Part shown: piece by piece, positions 62,789-64,000 of the stretch
How the letters are laid out: every line of letters starts with the position of its first letter
Numbering within the stretch: the first letter of the stretch is position 1
NCBI GenBank assembly: GCA_026710875.1
Contig: JAPOQE010000107.1
Span: 6,208 to 70,207, forward strand
From: Gammaproteobacteria bacterium
GTDB lineage: Bacteria > Pseudomonadota > Gammaproteobacteria > UBA4575
Reading direction: 5' to 3'
Length of the DNA: 64,000 bases
Made by a program: the position numbers and the translations under genes
The notes under the pieces: model-generated
Database searches by the model: none
What the model was told of the DNA's origin: nothing
The model's input: the letters and a program-made list of their open reading frames with translations, nothing else

Positions 62789-63154
62789 ATGGCGGCTGCA
62801 ACAGAAGAAGGTCAACAACATCCACTCAGCATATACATTGGAATTTGGTTGCTGTTATTCGTATTCAGTGCGGCTTCCTACTTCGTGGATTATTTACAGT
62901 TGCAGGGGTACCTGAGATGGAACCTGATTCTGATCTTCATGATGCTGAAGGCAGGGTTCATTGTCGCGATTTTCATGCACATGGCCTGGGAACGGCTTGC
63001 TTTGATCACAGCGATTTTATTGCCGCCCCTGGCATTGCTGGTTCTCATTGGCATGATGTCAATCGAAGGGGACTATACCTATCTGTCGCGGGCTGAGTTT
63101 TTCGGGGTGGATGAAGCCCCCATAGTTGAGCATCACCACGCATCCGGGCACTAG
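62789..63154 (+). CDS. ctaF: caa3-type cytochrome c oxidase subunit IV
   Basis: 121 aa; three TM helices; position after subunit III as in ctaCDEF. Confidence 0.65.
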   Translation: MAAATEEGQQHPLSIYIGIWLLLFVFSAASYFVDYLQLQGYLRWNLILIFMMLKAGFIVAIFMHMAWERLALITAILLPPLALLVLIGMMSIEGDYTYLSRAEFFGVDEAPIVEHHHASGH

Positions 63155-63321
63155 TTTTTCCCGTATCGCCAGCCTAAGGCTCATGCATTGTCTTCTGACA
63201 TGCGGGCCAGCCGGGTAGTCGACGTCGGTTCAGTCAAACCCTAATCCAGCGACCACAAAAGTACGGGTGTGTTTGCTATGCTGGCCGCACCTGTACATCG
63301 CGCGAAAACGCTACCTGACTT

Positions 63322-63954
63322 TTGATACTTTTCTCCCCGGCTCGCTTAACACTTCTTCTGGTATTCCTTGCTGTAGGGCCATGGCAGAACGCTCATGCCC
63401 ATGGGGGTGTATTTCTGGAGGATGACCTTTGTGTCATCCAGATAGGTTTTTACAAGGCTCATTTCACAATCTATCAGCCCCAAATAAGCCGACATGAGGA
63501 ATTATGCGAGGACATACCCCACGCGGATGAGAGCGTGTTTGTTCTGGAATACCTGCATAACAGTCTTAGAGAAGTCCCGGTTGAATTCCGTATCATCAAG
63601 GATGTAAATAATTACGGGCGGTTCGTAAACTGGAACGATATAAAAGAAGACCTGCCTCGTAATACCGTTTTTTACCAACCTCCACAGGTCCAGCAAGATG
63701 GTGTGTTCCTGGCATCGCACAAGTTTACTGAGGAGGGAAATTTCATTGGCATTGTCACCGCCAAGAGTCCTACAGGCAGAAATACCTATACTGCCATCTT
63801 TCCATTTCGGGTCGGTGGTGCAGACTGGGGAGTGATTCCATGGTTTATCGGCCTCGCTGCATTCTTGCAGCTGAACTACTGGCTAATGAGTGGTGGTTAC
63901 GCCCGTATGCGCAGATTTCTGAATGGCACCAACCGACCTCACCGCATTGACTAA
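63322..63954 (+). CDS. hypothetical exported/membrane-anchored protein downstream of cox operon
   Basis: 210 aa; N-terminal signal/TM (LTLLLVFLAVGPW), C-terminal TM (WGVIPWFIGLAAFLQLNYWLM); no family recognised. Confidence 0.45.
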   Translation: MILFSPARLTLLLVFLAVGPWQNAHAHGGVFLEDDLCVIQIGFYKAHFTIYQPQISRHEELCEDIPHADESVFVLEYLHNSLREVPVEFRIIKDVNNYGRFVNWNDIKEDLPRNTVFYQPPQVQQDGVFLASHKFTEEGNFIGIVTAKSPTGRNTYTAIFPFRVGGADWGVIPWFIGLAAFLQLNYWLMSGGYARMRRFLNGTNRPHRID

Positions 63955-64000
63955 ATCCCTGAAATTGATGAAAACAGTCCTTGTCGCACTTTTCCTGTTT

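Overview
This 64 kb window looks like a chromosomal segment of a Gram-negative proteobacterium with about 50% GC. It is densely coding and mostly housekeeping. I found no rRNA, tRNA, CRISPR array, transposase, integrase or prophage signature.

Recognisable blocks, in order:
- speD, an OsmC-like protein and a hemerythrin-like protein.
- A Zn-alcohol dehydrogenase, then rpe followed by trpE-trpG-trpD-trpC on the minus strand.
- purK-purE facing purC, with a stand-alone bioD.
- glnK-amtB.
- A Calvin/glycolysis cluster, tkt-gap-pgk-pyk-fba, with a class I aldolase.
- metK-ahcY, then rsmE-gshB-yqgE-ruvX-pyrR-pyrB-pyrC'-pyrK.
- yggS-proC-yggT, metX-metW, and a small HU / TerB / HspQ / YkgJ group.
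- yrfG-like and cysQ, then divergent ppsA and ppsR.
- An outer-membrane beta-barrel protein.
- A complete caa3-type cytochrome c oxidase operon, ctaB-ctaC-ctaD-ctaE-ctaE'-ctaF.

The one accessory-looking island is at roughly 22.7-33.5 kb, entirely on the minus strand. It comprises, 5' to 3':
- a thioredoxin-fold redoxin;
- a tripartite RND efflux system in the unusual order outer-membrane factor, adaptor, pump;
- a small alpha-only Rieske non-heme-iron oxygenase;
- a 669-aa protein that fuses an N-terminal GPP34/GOLPH3-like domain to a cytochrome P450;
- a strong intrinsic terminator.

No ferredoxin or reductase partner is encoded nearby, and the P450 I-helix appears to lack the canonical acid-alcohol pair. 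I consider this a candidate undescribed lipid or terpenoid oxidation/export module, with the GPP34-P450 fusion as the most unusual element.

Second notable point: ppsA is intact in frame except for a single amber codon.
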